Below, piece by piece: positions 1 through 9,892 of a DNA stretch of 64,000 nucleotides. Made by a program: the position numbers and the translations under genes. The stretch lies in IMG/VR virus record IMGVR_UViG_3300020036_004254, one strand, 5' to 3'. The stretch is from a virus (taxonomy: Duplodnaviria > Caudoviricetes). The notes beneath the pieces were generated by a model. That model was given only the letters and a program-made list of their open reading frames with translations, was not told the DNA's origin and did not search any database. Each line of letters starts with the position of its first letter. The first letter of the stretch is position 1.

Positions 1-454
1 CCTAATGGTGACGGCGGCATCGCTTCCGGCATCAAACGTCAACCCCACGATTGTGCAGTATCGCGGTCGTGAAGTCAAGCTTGCTGGTGAAAGAACCTAT
101 GACCCATGGACCATTACTGTTATCAACGACACGAAAATGTCGTTGCGTAGCAAGTTTGAGCAGTGGTCAAACATGATGAACATCCGAGACAACAACGGGG
201 GTGTCACACTTCCTGCGAAGTATATGGTTGATTTTTCGGTTGAGCAACTGGACCGAAACAACGAAATCATCAGAACATACGGATTCTATGGGGCATTCCC
301 CATCACGGTATCTGAAGTTGGTCTGTCGTATGGGTCCAACGATGTTATCTCAGAATTCACCGTAACGTTCCAATATCAGTCTTTTGAGATTCTCAACCCT
401 AGCTTTGCACGAGTGGTTCCAGCAAACGATAACGCCGTTGGCGTCAATCGGTAA
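1..454 (+). CDS. gp19: Tail tube protein gp19 (5' truncated by window)
   Basis: T4 gp19-like motifs (YRGREVKLAGERTYDPWTITV; FTVTFQY), directly upstream of the portal. Confidence 0.9.
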   Translation, partial: LMVTAASLPASNVNPTIVQYRGREVKLAGERTYDPWTITVINDTKMSLRSKFEQWSNMMNIRDNNGGVTLPAKYMVDFSVEQLDRNNEIIRTYGFYGAFPITVSEVGLSYGSNDVISEFTVTFQYQSFEILNPSFARVVPANDNAVGVNR

Positions 455-479
455 TAGCACCCTTTAATCGGGACACATA

Positions 480-2126
480 ATGGCATTTGATATTTTTGGA
501 TACACAATTCGTCAGGAGGAGCCACAACAAGCGCAAAAAAGCTTTGTTCCTCCTTCTGACGATGGAGCGTATGATACGTTTAGAGCAGGTGGTCACTTTG
601 CGACTTATCTTGACCTTGACGGTGCGGCAAAGACAGAAGGAGAGTTAATCAAGAAATATCGTGACATTTCTATGATGGCCGATGTGGACATGGCTATTGA
701 AGATATCGTCAACGAATCGATTGCGAACGTGGACAACGATGCGCCAATCAAGATTAACTTGACCAAGGTTAAGTTATCAGACAATATCAAAAAAGACGTA
801 GAAAAGGCGTTTCATAAAATTGAACGGTTGATGAAGTTGGATAAACGCGCACAAGATTACTTCCGTCGGTGGTACATCGATGGGCGAATCCACTTCCATA
901 AAGTCATCGATGTCACCAAAAAGAAGGAAGGGTTGAAAGACATTCGATACATCGACCCAAGAAAAATCAAGAAGGTTCGTGAAATCCACAGAGAAAAAGA
1001 TTTAAAGACTGGTGTGGATTTCATCAAGAAAACTGAAGAATATTTCGTATACAATTCCTCTGGTGTAGCGGCGACCCGTGGGTCATCTACCCCAATATCA
1101 ACACAGGGATTGAAGATTACAAAGGATTCTATTGCGTATGCACCGTCTGGTCTAATCGACCAAGATAACAATATGGTGTTGAGTTATATGCACAAGGCTA
1201 TTAAACCAGCCAACCAGTTGCGTATGATGGAAAACGCCTTGGTAATTTACCGTTTGGCTCGTGCCCCAGAACGTCGAATTTTCTACATCGATGTGGGTAA
1301 TCTTCCAAAGATTAAGGCCGAGCAATACGTAAAAGACCAGATGAATCGGTACCGCAACAAACTGGTCTACGATTCGAACACAGGTGAACTCCGAGACGAC
1401 AAGAAGTACATGTCGATGCTGGAAGATTTTTGGTTGCCCCGTCGTGAAGGTGGAAAGGGCACCGAAATCGATACACTCCCGGGTGGTGATAACCTTGGTC
1501 AAATCGAAGACGTTATTTACTTCCAGAAGAAACTCTATCAGGCGTTAAACGTTCCGATGTCTCGTTTGGAACAGCAAGGTGGGTTGAACTTTGGTCGTGC
1601 CGCTGAAATCACCAGAGACGAGTTGAAGTTTGTCAAGTTCATTGACAAGTTGCAGAATAAGTTCAGCACGGTTATACACGATTTGGTACAGACCGAGTTG
1701 TTGTTGACCAATGTCATGACCAGTCAGGAATGGGAAGACATTCAATATGACATTCGTTACGACTTTGCTCAGGATGCCTACTATGCCGAGTCCAAGAAGC
1801 AAGAGATTCTTCGGTCGCGTTTTGATTTGCTTGGGTTGATTGCTCCGTATCAGGGATTGTTTGTTGATATGAAGTATTGCATGAAGGAAGTATTGAACAT
1901 GACCGATGACGAAATCAAGGATATCAACGAAGGTATCAAGAAAGACCCACCGAACCCCATGGGTATGGGTGGCATGATTCCGGGTGGTGGAAATCCGATG
2001 TTGGACCCCCAGTCACCCATCTTGAAAGCCTCTGTCGCACCAAAACCCAACACTTCTAAGACTGCACCCAAAAAGCCAAAGGCCAAGGCTCCTGCGGGTG
2101 GGTCATCAGCCGGGAAGCCTAAGTAA
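480..2126 (+). CDS. gp20: Portal vertex protein gp20
   Basis: RAPERRIFYIDVGNLPK, MLEDFWLPRREGGKGTEIDTLPGG, AEITRDELKF motifs. Confidence 0.97.
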   Translation: MAFDIFGYTIRQEEPQQAQKSFVPPSDDGAYDTFRAGGHFATYLDLDGAAKTEGELIKKYRDISMMADVDMAIEDIVNESIANVDNDAPIKINLTKVKLSDNIKKDVEKAFHKIERLMKLDKRAQDYFRRWYIDGRIHFHKVIDVTKKKEGLKDIRYIDPRKIKKVREIHREKDLKTGVDFIKKTEEYFVYNSSGVAATRGSSTPISTQGLKITKDSIAYAPSGLIDQDNNMVLSYMHKAIKPANQLRMMENALVIYRLARAPERRIFYIDVGNLPKIKAEQYVKDQMNRYRNKLVYDSNTGELRDDKKYMSMLEDFWLPRREGGKGTEIDTLPGGDNLGQIEDVIYFQKKLYQALNVPMSRLEQQGGLNFGRAAEITRDELKFVKFIDKLQNKFSTVIHDLVQTELLLTNVMTSQEWEDIQYDIRYDFAQDAYYAESKKQEILRSRFDLLGLIAPYQGLFVDMKYCMKEVLNMTDDEIKDINEGIKKDPPNPMGMGGMIPGGGNPMLDPQSPILKASVAPKPNTSKTAPKKPKAKAPAGGSSAGKPK

Positions 2127-3376
2127 TGTCAAAATTGTTGAACGAAAGAAATTCCGAAAACAAATCCAAGAAAAACCAGTGGTTCAAGGATACCTCGGCA
2201 CGAACGCAAGAAGGTGATGGGTCCAAGCGTGATGGTCGAGAGATTGCTCAAGGTGGTCGTGGAATGGACCACGTGTTCAATCGTAATCGCGCCCAAGAGA
2301 AGTTTCGTCAGAAATTTGGAAAATATAAGTTTGTCCCACGAAAAATGACTTCAGAGGAAAATGATATGTCAAAAAAAGATGAAGGGTCAGTTGCAATAAA
2401 CGAAATGAAGTACGGCGCAACCCATGAGTTCCGTGGAACTACGGAGTTTATGTCAAAGTGTGCAGACAAAGTCCTGAAGAAGCACGGAATTCAGGTACAT
2501 AGCATTGAAACATTGCCAGACGAAAAGGAGACTATTTACCACGTGAGTGGTTCTGTCGATGCCATTTCTAAAGCCTCTTCTGCGTTGTGGGATGAGGTGA
2601 GTGGAAGTTCAAAGCCCATTGCATACAAGCCAACAAAGTTTCAAGGTTCACATAAAAAGTATGTTGTAGAAGAAACCGAACTCAACGAGGAAGAAATGGA
2701 AACAGAACAGGATATGACCACAGAAGAAATTCTTGAAGTTGGCCCAGCGGCTATTATGTCGGCTATCTCCACCGATAGTGAAGATGCAGATGAAATCTTT
2801 CAGTCTGTCATGGGAGCCAAGATTGACCACATTCTAGACGGTCTTAAGAATGAGCTTGCCGCTGGAATGTTTGAGACACCAGAGGAAGTGACGACAGAAA
2901 ATCTTATTGCTGTATTGGGCGACATCGGCGTTGAGTTGACGGAAGAGCAGTTGGAAGAGGCGAAGTTGAGTGGCGAGGGCCGCAAGATTTCTACCTCGGA
3001 TGCCAACGCACACAAGGCACAGGAAGCAGAGCATCGCGGTGATTTTGCCGGGGCTAAGGTATTCTGGAAGCGTTCTGGGTTGAATCGTATTGGCACCAAG
3101 AACGGCAGTGCCGCCAACCTCAAGCTTCAGATTCGCGGGAAGAGTGTTCGAAAGGAAGATGTCGCAGACATCCTATCCAGCTTTGGGGTAAATCTCACGG
3201 AAGAACAGCTTGAAATCGCAGAAGCCAGCCTATGGAAGCCACAGGCCGCTGGGTTCACCAAGAAGGGTGTTCCGCCGAAAAAGGGTATGAAGAAGTCTGG
3301 TGAGTATGACAAGGCCGCACACGAAAAGTCATCGTCTGCCAGCATGGTTGACCAGATGACCGCAAAGAATCGCTAA
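2126..3376 (+). CDS. Prohead core/internal head protein (gp67-like region inside a longer protein)
   Basis: Between gp20 and gp21; alternating acidic and basic blocks; ADEIFQSVMGAKI resembles gp67-like segments. Confidence 0.5.
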   Translation: MSKLLNERNSENKSKKNQWFKDTSARTQEGDGSKRDGREIAQGGRGMDHVFNRNRAQEKFRQKFGKYKFVPRKMTSEENDMSKKDEGSVAINEMKYGATHEFRGTTEFMSKCADKVLKKHGIQVHSIETLPDEKETIYHVSGSVDAISKASSALWDEVSGSSKPIAYKPTKFQGSHKKYVVEETELNEEEMETEQDMTTEEILEVGPAAIMSAISTDSEDADEIFQSVMGAKIDHILDGLKNELAAGMFETPEEVTTENLIAVLGDIGVELTEEQLEEAKLSGEGRKISTSDANAHKAQEAEHRGDFAGAKVFWKRSGLNRIGTKNGSAANLKLQIRGKSVRKEDVADILSSFGVNLTEEQLEIAEASLWKPQAAGFTKKGVPPKKGMKKSGEYDKAAHEKSSSASMVDQMTAKNR

Positions 3377-3377
3377 C

Positions 3378-4313
3378 ATGGAACCTATTTCACATGAGGC
3401 TCTACAAGATATCCTCCACGATGTACTCGTGGAGGAAGGTGTAGAGTTGACAGAAGTCGTCAATCGTGTGGCAAAGCGGTTGGCGACGGGAACCAAACCT
3501 CGAAAGCGTTTGACCCCCAGTAAGTATTTGAAGAAATACGGTAACCGTTGGCACAACCTGAAAGAAGATGCGGAAGAACTTTCTGAAGAGCTAAATCCCG
3601 CCACGCGAGAAGATTCGCCTTCTCTCGCACATAAATATACCAAGAAGAACAAAGAGACGGCAGAAGTACGCCGTGTGGGTATCGATGGAACCTTGCACGA
3701 AGCCAAGGGCATGACGCCAACGAAAGCCAAGAAAGAAGAGCGCATTGCCAAAAACCGCACCTTGAAAAATAAGTTCCGCGACCTTGATGCCAAGCACGAA
3801 ATGCGAACGTCATCATCAGGCGTTCCGCATACAGCGTCGGGAAAGCGCATGACGTTTGAAGAAGTCATTCCTGCCAAAGGAAACAAGAAAGACAAGCGAG
3901 CCGATGTGGTTGCCAAGGAACTCCCGACCATGCCAGCCGGAATGAATGCTGGTATGCGTATGATGCCTGAAGAAATTCTTCACGAAATCTCAAGAGATAA
4001 GATTTACGGTGCTTACAAGGAACGCTACACGTTGGCAAAAGCACACACCACGGTTGGTAACAAGGCCGAGGCAGAAAAGAATGCTCATAAGGCATTGAAA
4101 CATGCGGAATATCATGCGGGATACAACGATTCGCGTGAAAAGTATGCGAAGATTGCGTCCGCTCGTGCGGAAATCGCCAAACGTGCGAAAAAGGTGCGGA
4201 AAGAAGAACCCGCTTCTAAAAAAAAGCCAGAAGCAACACCCGCACCAGAACCAAAGAAGAAAGGGGCATCGAAAAAGAGTACCCCCAAGACCCCAACTAC
4301 GAAAGAGGAATAA
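3378..4313 (+). CDS. Lys/Arg-rich putative prohead core/internal protein
   Basis: Head-module position; LHE/LTE candidate gp21 sites; shares a motif with 2126 and 32078 ORFs. Confidence 0.45.
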   Translation: MEPISHEALQDILHDVLVEEGVELTEVVNRVAKRLATGTKPRKRLTPSKYLKKYGNRWHNLKEDAEELSEELNPATREDSPSLAHKYTKKNKETAEVRRVGIDGTLHEAKGMTPTKAKKEERIAKNRTLKNKFRDLDAKHEMRTSSSGVPHTASGKRMTFEEVIPAKGNKKDKRADVVAKELPTMPAGMNAGMRMMPEEILHEISRDKIYGAYKERYTLAKAHTTVGNKAEAEKNAHKALKHAEYHAGYNDSREKYAKIASARAEIAKRAKKVRKEEPASKKKPEATPAPEPKKKGASKKSTPKTPTTKEE

Positions 4314-4316
4314 CCG

Positions 4317-4694
4317 ATGGCTATAACCGTACTGAAGAAAACACCAATTCATTGTGTGGTGAAAGTATCTGGGGCTAGTACAGAAACTATTACATTAGCT
4401 ACCACATTACTTTTTGGTCCAAATGAAGTGGCGAATAATCCCCGTGTAGATATTATGGGCCTACATTGGTGCATTCCGGGTGCAACGGCGGCAACTGTTG
4501 TGAGAAATGGTGTAACCGTCTTTTCATTGATTGGGGCGTGGGGTGAACAGTTTAACGGGTTTTCAGACACGCAAGAAAACGAATCAAACATTTCCGTCAC
4601 CATTCCTGCGGGTGGTGGACAAGTCATTTTGGAATTGTTAAAGGTGTCTGGATATGGCAACACACAGCACCGCAACTTCAATCAGGACGGCTAA
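4317..4694 (+). CDS. Hypothetical beta-rich head-module protein
   Basis: Intact ORF with RBS (GAGG) just before gp21. Confidence 0.6.
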   Translation: MAITVLKKTPIHCVVKVSGASTETITLATTLLFGPNEVANNPRVDIMGLHWCIPGATAATVVRNGVTVFSLIGAWGEQFNGFSDTQENESNISVTIPAGGGQVILELLKVSGYGNTQHRNFNQDG

Positions 4695-4696
4695 TC

Positions 4697-5350
4697 ATGA
4701 AGATTATTCAAGAGATTAACGAAGAGGTTCAAGTTCTTACCGAGGGAAAGGGTGAGAGCAAGACGTATTTCATCGAAGGTGTGTACTTGCAGGGGAACAT
4801 CGCTAACCGAAACAAGCGGTTGTATCCCATGAACACCCTGAGAGAAAAAGTTGAATCCTACAACAAGAACTACGTAGAGGCCAAGCGAGCCTTTGGTGAA
4901 CTGGGACATCCAAACGGACCCACCATCAACATGGACCGCGTGTCTCACATGATTACCTCGTTGAAAGAAGATGGAAATAACTTTATTGGTCGTGCCAAAA
5001 TCATGGACACCCCGATGGGTAAAATTGTCAAAACCTTTATTGATGAGGGAGCAAAGTTCGGTGTTTCGTCACGTGGACTTGGCACACTCAAGTTGAATTC
5101 TAATGGTATCAACGAGGTGCAAAATGATTTCTATCTTGCAACTGCCGCTGATATCGTGGCTGACCCGTCTGCCCCAGACGCCTTTGTGCAGGGCATCATG
5201 GAGGGTCGTGAATGGTTCTTCGATAGCAAAAAGGGAGAATGGCATTTTCAGGAGCAGGAAGAGATTAAAGAAATGATTACCAAGGCCAAAAAGCATCAGT
5301 TGGCTGAAGTGAAAATGTTAGCATTTGAGAGATTTTTGAAGGGGTTTTAA
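4697..5350 (+). CDS. gp21: Prohead protease gp21
   Basis: NRNKRLYP, GELGHP, GVSSRGLG, ADPSAPDAFV. Confidence 0.96.
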   Translation: MKIIQEINEEVQVLTEGKGESKTYFIEGVYLQGNIANRNKRLYPMNTLREKVESYNKNYVEAKRAFGELGHPNGPTINMDRVSHMITSLKEDGNNFIGRAKIMDTPMGKIVKTFIDEGAKFGVSSRGLGTLKLNSNGINEVQNDFYLATAADIVADPSAPDAFVQGIMEGREWFFDSKKGEWHFQEQEEIKEMITKAKKHQLAEVKMLAFERFLKGF

Positions 5351-5372
5351 GGCAAGTGAAAGAACGTCCGAG

Positions 5373-5380
5373 TATAAATA
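5373..5380 (+). promoter_or_regulatory. T4-type late promoter
   Basis: TATAAATA upstream of gp22. Confidence 0.8.
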
Positions 5381-5415
5381 CAAACATATGTCACACCAAT
5401 TTTAGGAGAGCATAA

Positions 5416-6738
5416 ATGTCACTTAAGAAAAAGATGATGGGCCTACTTGAAGCATATCCCGGATACGGCAAGAACCGTGAGTCGGATTCTCCGTCGCAGG
5501 GGTCTTCAAAGAAGCCTGAGGTTCAGGTTCTAGAGAAGGGAAGCGGTGGTGGAAAGACCATCCGTAAGTCAAATGCTGGCCTTGCACCGTTGGGTGCGAA
5601 GGTTGGTGCATTTGAAGAGAAGCCATCCAAGCAGGGTAGCTCACAGGATGCTCCTTCACAAGACCTTGGCAAAGACCCGGGCGAGCCAGCATTCCGAAAG
5701 GCTAAGGGCAAGGCTGGTATTGCAATGAAGGGTCCGGTTGGTAAGGCTCCGAATTTCAAGACAGTTTCCGACCCTGCCTCTGTGGTGAACATGTCTTCAT
5801 CAAAGGGTAACGTGCATCAGGAAGAAACCGAAACCGACGAAGAGTTGGTGGAGACGGAAGTCGAGGAGACAGAAGTCGAAGAGACTGAGGAAGTCGAAGA
5901 GTCTGAATTGACCGAGAAGAAGGAAGAGAAGGAAGAGGACGACGACGAAGACGAGGACGAGGATAAAGAGAAGAAGGATAAGAAGGAAGCGTTTACCAAG
6001 CTGAAGAAGGAAGAGCTTGAGCGTGACGTTGCCAATCTTTTCTCTGAGGAAGTAGACTTGACCGAAGAGTTCAAGAATAAGGCAACTGCGTTGTTCGAGG
6101 CCGCTGTTGTTGCTCGTGTTGCCCACGAAATGTCATTGGTTGAGGACGCGATTGCGGCCAAGGCGATTGAGATTATTGCCGAAAACGAAAATGCGCTGAT
6201 TGAGAAAATCGATGCGTATTTGACGTTGGTTGCAGAACAGTGGATTGCTGACAACGAAGTCGCCGTAGAGAACATGCTTCGCACCGAGATTGCGGAGAAC
6301 TTCATGGAAAGTCTACACACCTGTTTTGCCGAGAACTACATCACGGTCCCCGATGAGAAGTACGATGTAATCGGTGAAATGCAGGAAGCCTTGGATTCTC
6401 TTGCAGAGTCACATGAGGAAATTCTTAATGACGCTTCTGCCTTGGCGGAAGAGTTGATTGCGTTGAAGCGCGACAAGGTTGTCTCTCAGGTAACTGAGGG
6501 CATGGCCAAGACGCAGGTAGAAAAGTTCGTTTCTTTGATTGAAGAAGTGACTTTTGAAGACGAAGAGTCTTTCACCGACAAGCTATCTATCGTCAAGAAG
6601 AATTTGTTCTCGGGTAGTGTTTCTGCCCCGCAGAATGTAGTGGAAGAAGTGGATGGGTCAGAGGCGATTATCTCTGAGGCAGTTGACCCCGAGATTGCGG
6701 CATTGAATGCCAAGATTTCTGGAAAACCGCGATTCTAG
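5416..6738 (+). CDS. gp22: Prohead core scaffold gp22
   Basis: Acidic coiled coil, LTEEFKNKATALFEAAV, between gp21 and gp23. Confidence 0.92.
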   Translation: MSLKKKMMGLLEAYPGYGKNRESDSPSQGSSKKPEVQVLEKGSGGGKTIRKSNAGLAPLGAKVGAFEEKPSKQGSSQDAPSQDLGKDPGEPAFRKAKGKAGIAMKGPVGKAPNFKTVSDPASVVNMSSSKGNVHQEETETDEELVETEVEETEVEETEEVEESELTEKKEEKEEDDDEDEDEDKEKKDKKEAFTKLKKEELERDVANLFSEEVDLTEEFKNKATALFEAAVVARVAHEMSLVEDAIAAKAIEIIAENENALIEKIDAYLTLVAEQWIADNEVAVENMLRTEIAENFMESLHTCFAENYITVPDEKYDVIGEMQEALDSLAESHEEILNDASALAEELIALKRDKVVSQVTEGMAKTQVEKFVSLIEEVTFEDEESFTDKLSIVKKNLFSGSVSAPQNVVEEVDGSEAIISEAVDPEIAALNAKISGKPRF

Positions 6739-6751
6739 AAATTCTGGATTG

Positions 6752-6759
6752 CATAAATA
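6752..6759 (+). promoter_or_regulatory. Late promoter variant
   Basis: CATAAATA upstream of gp23. Confidence 0.65.
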
Positions 6760-6800
6760 CTAACGTGATTCAAAAGTAAATTCATCAAAAGGAGAAATAC

Positions 6801-8108
6801 ATGTATCTAATCGAAGAGAGTAAGCTAGACACTCGTTGGGCACCAGTTCTTGAGAACGCGAAGTTCGCCCCGATTACTAGCCAGTACCGTAAGGACGTAA
6901 CGACCATCGTTCTTGAAAACCAGTTCCGCGAAGCTCGCGCACAGGAACAGATGTTGAACGAAGATGCACCAGCGAACAACATTTCGGCTTCTGCCGGAAT
7001 TGATAAGTATGACCCCATTCTTATCTCGCTTGTCCGTCGTTCACTTCCGAACTTGATGGCGTATGACATTTGCGGCGTTCAGCCGATGACTGGCCCAACA
7101 GGTTTGATTTTCGCGTTGAAGAGCAAGTACGGCACCGACCGTAGCAATACTGGTTTGGAAGCGTTGTTCAACGAAGCCGATACTGATTTCTCAGGTACAG
7201 GCACACACGCTGGTTCTAACCCTGTGGACGGTAACCCGTACACCACTGGTACTGGATTGGCAACTGCTGATGCCGAAGCTTTGGGCACAGGTGGTTCAGG
7301 TGGCTCATTCGCTGAAATGACTTTCAGCATTGAGAAGACTTCAGTCACCGCGTTGTCACGCGCTTTGAAGGGTGAGTACACCATCGAATTGGCACAGGAC
7401 TTGAAGGCGGTCCACGGTGCTGATGCCGAAGGCGAGTTGTCAAACATTCTTTCGCAGGAAATGCTTGCGGAAGTGAACCGTGAAGTCGTCCGTACCATCT
7501 ACAAGGTTGCAAAGGTTGGTGCCGCTTCTACCGCAGTACCGGGAACGTTCAACCTTGACGTTGACTCAAACGGTCGTTGGAGCGTGGAGCGTTTCAAGGG
7601 CTTGATGTTCCAGATTGAGCGTGACGCAAACGTTATCGGCCAGCAGACTCGTCGTGGCAAGGGTAACTTCATCATCGTGTCGGCTGACGTTGGCTCGGCA
7701 TTGGCGATGGCAGGCAAGTTGGATTACGCAACTGGCTTGACCAACAACCTTGAGATTGATGACACAGGTAATACCTTTGCAGGTGTGTTGAACGGTCGCT
7801 TCAAGGTCTTCATTGACCCGTACAGCGCGAACATTTCAGCCGCCGCACAGTTCTACGTAGTTGGTTACAAGGGCAAGACCCCGTATGACGCTGGTATCTT
7901 CTACTGCCCATACGTACCGCTTCAGATGGTTCGTGCGACTGACCCGAACAGCTTCCAGCCGAAGATTGGCTTCAAGACCCGTTACGGCATGGTCAGCAAC
8001 CCATTCGTCACCACGAACGGTTTGCAGACAGGAACTCCTGACGCAATGACCTTCACCGCTGGTGCCAACCAGTACTTCCGTAAGGTCAAGGTTTCGAACC
8101 TGATGTAA
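6801..8108 (+). CDS. gp23: Major capsid protein gp23
   Basis: GVQPMTGPTGLIFA, ELAQDLKAVHG, FYCPYVPL, FQPKIGFKTRYG. Confidence 0.98.
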   Translation: MYLIEESKLDTRWAPVLENAKFAPITSQYRKDVTTIVLENQFREARAQEQMLNEDAPANNISASAGIDKYDPILISLVRRSLPNLMAYDICGVQPMTGPTGLIFALKSKYGTDRSNTGLEALFNEADTDFSGTGTHAGSNPVDGNPYTTGTGLATADAEALGTGGSGGSFAEMTFSIEKTSVTALSRALKGEYTIELAQDLKAVHGADAEGELSNILSQEMLAEVNREVVRTIYKVAKVGAASTAVPGTFNLDVDSNGRWSVERFKGLMFQIERDANVIGQQTRRGKGNFIIVSADVGSALAMAGKLDYATGLTNNLEIDDTGNTFAGVLNGRFKVFIDPYSANISAAAQFYVVGYKGKTPYDAGIFYCPYVPLQMVRATDPNSFQPKIGFKTRYGMVSNPFVTTNGLQTGTPDAMTFTAGANQYFRKVKVSNLM

Positions 8109-8126
8109 TCTTCGGATTGCATGACA

Positions 8127-8168
8127 GAAAAGAGGGTCACCCCTTGAAAGGTGACCCTCTTTCTTTTG
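8127..8168. terminator. Bidirectional rho-independent terminator
   Basis: AGAGGGTCACC/GGTGACCCTCT 11-bp stem with A-run before and T-run after, between convergent genes; a CTTCGG tetraloop hairpin lies at 8105-8120. Confidence 0.9.
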
Positions 8169-8363
8169 TTACCTGTTTTTCGAGAGTTTTTGTGCGATAT
8201 TTCGCGCCTCGGTCATCATGAACATTTCTACGGTTTCTGTGAAATGTTGTTTGGTAACAACTCCTATCGTCTTTCCTTTTTCATCTATCACATGAAAACA
8301 CGCAAGATTTGTCGGAGAAGTTAGGTAAAACTCTGGGCTGAGTGTTACTGTTGGTATCATCAT
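8169..8363 (-). CDS. Hypothetical protein
   Basis: Last of four coupled minus-strand ORFs; GGAG RBS. Confidence 0.6.
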   Translation of the reverse strand: MMIPTVTLSPEFYLTSPTNLACFHVIDEKGKTIGVVTKQHFTETVEMFMMTEARNIAQKLSKNR

Positions 8364-8563
8364 GTCTCCTGTTTTAGTTTATCTAGTCTTTTTTGGGATG
8401 GAACACGGGTTGAAATTGGAATGTCGATGTAATAGAGACTCTCGTAATATCTGGCAAACTTTTGAAAGTCACGAAGAGCAACATCCTCCTCAATTATCCC
8501 TTCCCCTTTTAAGAATCTGCTTAGAGCGTTCTCTTCAGAAGACGCAATGATGTAGAGTTTCAT
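8360..8563 (-). CDS. Hypothetical protein
   Basis: ATGA overlaps with neighbours. Confidence 0.6.
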   Translation of the reverse strand: MKLYIIASSEENALSRFLKGEGIIEEDVALRDFQKFARYYESLYYIDIPISTRVPSQKRLDKLKQET

Positions 8564-8763
8564 AGAAATCTCAACTTAGTATCCATCAGTTGTTCGATGA
8601 CATCCCGGGAAATGTACATTACTGTTCGAATTCCTTCGTCATCTTCTAAAAGGAGTTTGTAGGAACTTGGAACAATTTGTCCTGAAGGCCAATCTTCGGC
8701 TTTCACCTTTACTTTGGTTTGTGTGTTGTTTAGCTTCACGTGGACTGGCATAATCTTGGTCAT
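8560..8763 (-). CDS. Hypothetical protein
   Basis: AAGGAG RBS; ATGA overlap. Confidence 0.65.
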   Translation of the reverse strand: MTKIMPVHVKLNNTQTKVKVKAEDWPSGQIVPSSYKLLLEDDEGIRTVMYISRDVIEQLMDTKLRFL

Positions 8764-8794
8764 ATTATCTCCTTGCTATTTCAGCCTAGTATCG

Positions 8795-8995
8795 TCAGGC
8801 CGATGAGACGCTAGAGTCTTTCTCTAGAAGTATTTCTTTTTCCAGTTTTCCCAAATGAACCCCCAATAGGAAAACATTCCATGCAACTATTGGATGTCTC
8901 AAACAGAACCACCACACTCTTGGGGTGGTCAAAGTGAACCACGCAAAATGTAATGCGAGTCTCATCTTTTGACTATCCAATTCGTACCACTCCAT
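8795..8995 (-). CDS. Hypothetical hydrophobic protein
   Basis: GGAGG RBS, downstream of a minus-strand sigma70-like promoter. Confidence 0.6.
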   Translation of the reverse strand: MEWYELDSQKMRLALHFAWFTLTTPRVWWFCLRHPIVAWNVFLLGVHLGKLEKEILLEKDSSVSSA

Positions 8996-9016
8996 TCTTC
9001 CTCCCGAGAGACAGTG

Positions 9017-9024
9017 TATAAATA
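9017..9024 (+). promoter_or_regulatory. Late promoter for gp3
   Basis: TATAAATA. Confidence 0.7.
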
Positions 9025-9068
9025 CCCTTAGAGTAGGGTGTTCTATGGCTTACAACGGCTACACCCTG

Positions 9069-9097
9069 ATTCTATCACCTGTCAACCCCGATGTCAA
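9069..9097 (-). promoter_or_regulatory. Sigma70-like early promoter for the minus-strand operon
   Basis: TTGACA-N17-TAGAAT on the minus strand. Confidence 0.8.
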
Positions 9098-9128
9098 GGG
9101 GTGTTTGTAACAACTTCCAAGGATACAG

Positions 9129-9719
9129 ATGACTGTCACGACCACGAGAAGTAAAATCGACATCTCAAATCTTCAATGGGACCAACGTAACCCAAGTGAT
9201 ATCAACTACTTACGCCCCAATGGTTTCAGGTTTCTCATCCAAACCCTACCAAAAGTGACGTATTTCGTCCAAACGGCCAACATCCCGGAAATCACCCTAG
9301 GGGTGGCAGAACAGACCACCCCATACTATGACATGCCTCATCCGGGTGAGAAGTTGGTCTACGGCAATCTCGTCTTGAAGTTCATGATTCAAGAGTCTTT
9401 GGGAGACTACTACGAACTCTACAACTGGATGATAGGATTGGGCTTCCCGACAACACGACAGGAATTTATTGACTTGGTTGGGTCACAAGCCTATCGATTC
9501 CCTCTGGTCGCACAAAGTTCAGAAGGCCCTCAACTCAGCGATGCTACCTTGTTGGTCATGGGGTCAAACAACACCCCCGTGGCGGTGTTCAGCTACTTTG
9601 ACTGCTTCCCGGTTTCTCTTAGCGCAGTAGAGTTTGATTCGACTGTGGAAAACCCGGAGTATTTTCAAGCAACGGTTGAGTTTAAGTTTAGACATTTCAC
9701 TTTTAGTGAAGTGGCCTAA
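9129..9719 (+). CDS. gp3: Tail completion/sheath stabilizer gp3
   Basis: NYLRPNGFRF, PGEKLVYG, FPVSLSAVEFD; usual position after gp23. Confidence 0.88.
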   Translation: MTVTTTRSKIDISNLQWDQRNPSDINYLRPNGFRFLIQTLPKVTYFVQTANIPEITLGVAEQTTPYYDMPHPGEKLVYGNLVLKFMIQESLGDYYELYNWMIGLGFPTTRQEFIDLVGSQAYRFPLVAQSSEGPQLSDATLLVMGSNNTPVAVFSYFDCFPVSLSAVEFDSTVENPEYFQATVEFKFRHFTFSEVA

Positions 9720-9723
9720 CCCC

Positions 9724-9752
9724 TTGACAAACACGGTGTTGCCGTGTAATAT
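9724..9752 (+). promoter_or_regulatory. Sigma70-like promoter
   Basis: TTGACA-N17-TAATAT. Confidence 0.8.
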
Positions 9753-9778
9753 TCGACATGTGATTCAGCGAGGATATT

Positions 9779-9892
9779 ATGTTTCTTACCGAGTTTATAG
9801 ACGCAGACAAAAATGAAACACCACCCCCAGTTTTTCACTGGGCGTTGTTGGTGTTGTCTATTGTGTTGCTTTTCTGGGCGGTCTACCCATAA
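9779..9892 (+). CDS. 37-aa single-TM small protein (not in ORF track)
   Basis: GAGG RBS; MFLTEFIDADKNETPPPVFHWALLVLSIVLLFWAVYP; TAATG overlap with uvsY. Confidence 0.55.
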   Translation: MFLTEFIDADKNETPPPVFHWALLVLSIVLLFWAVYP

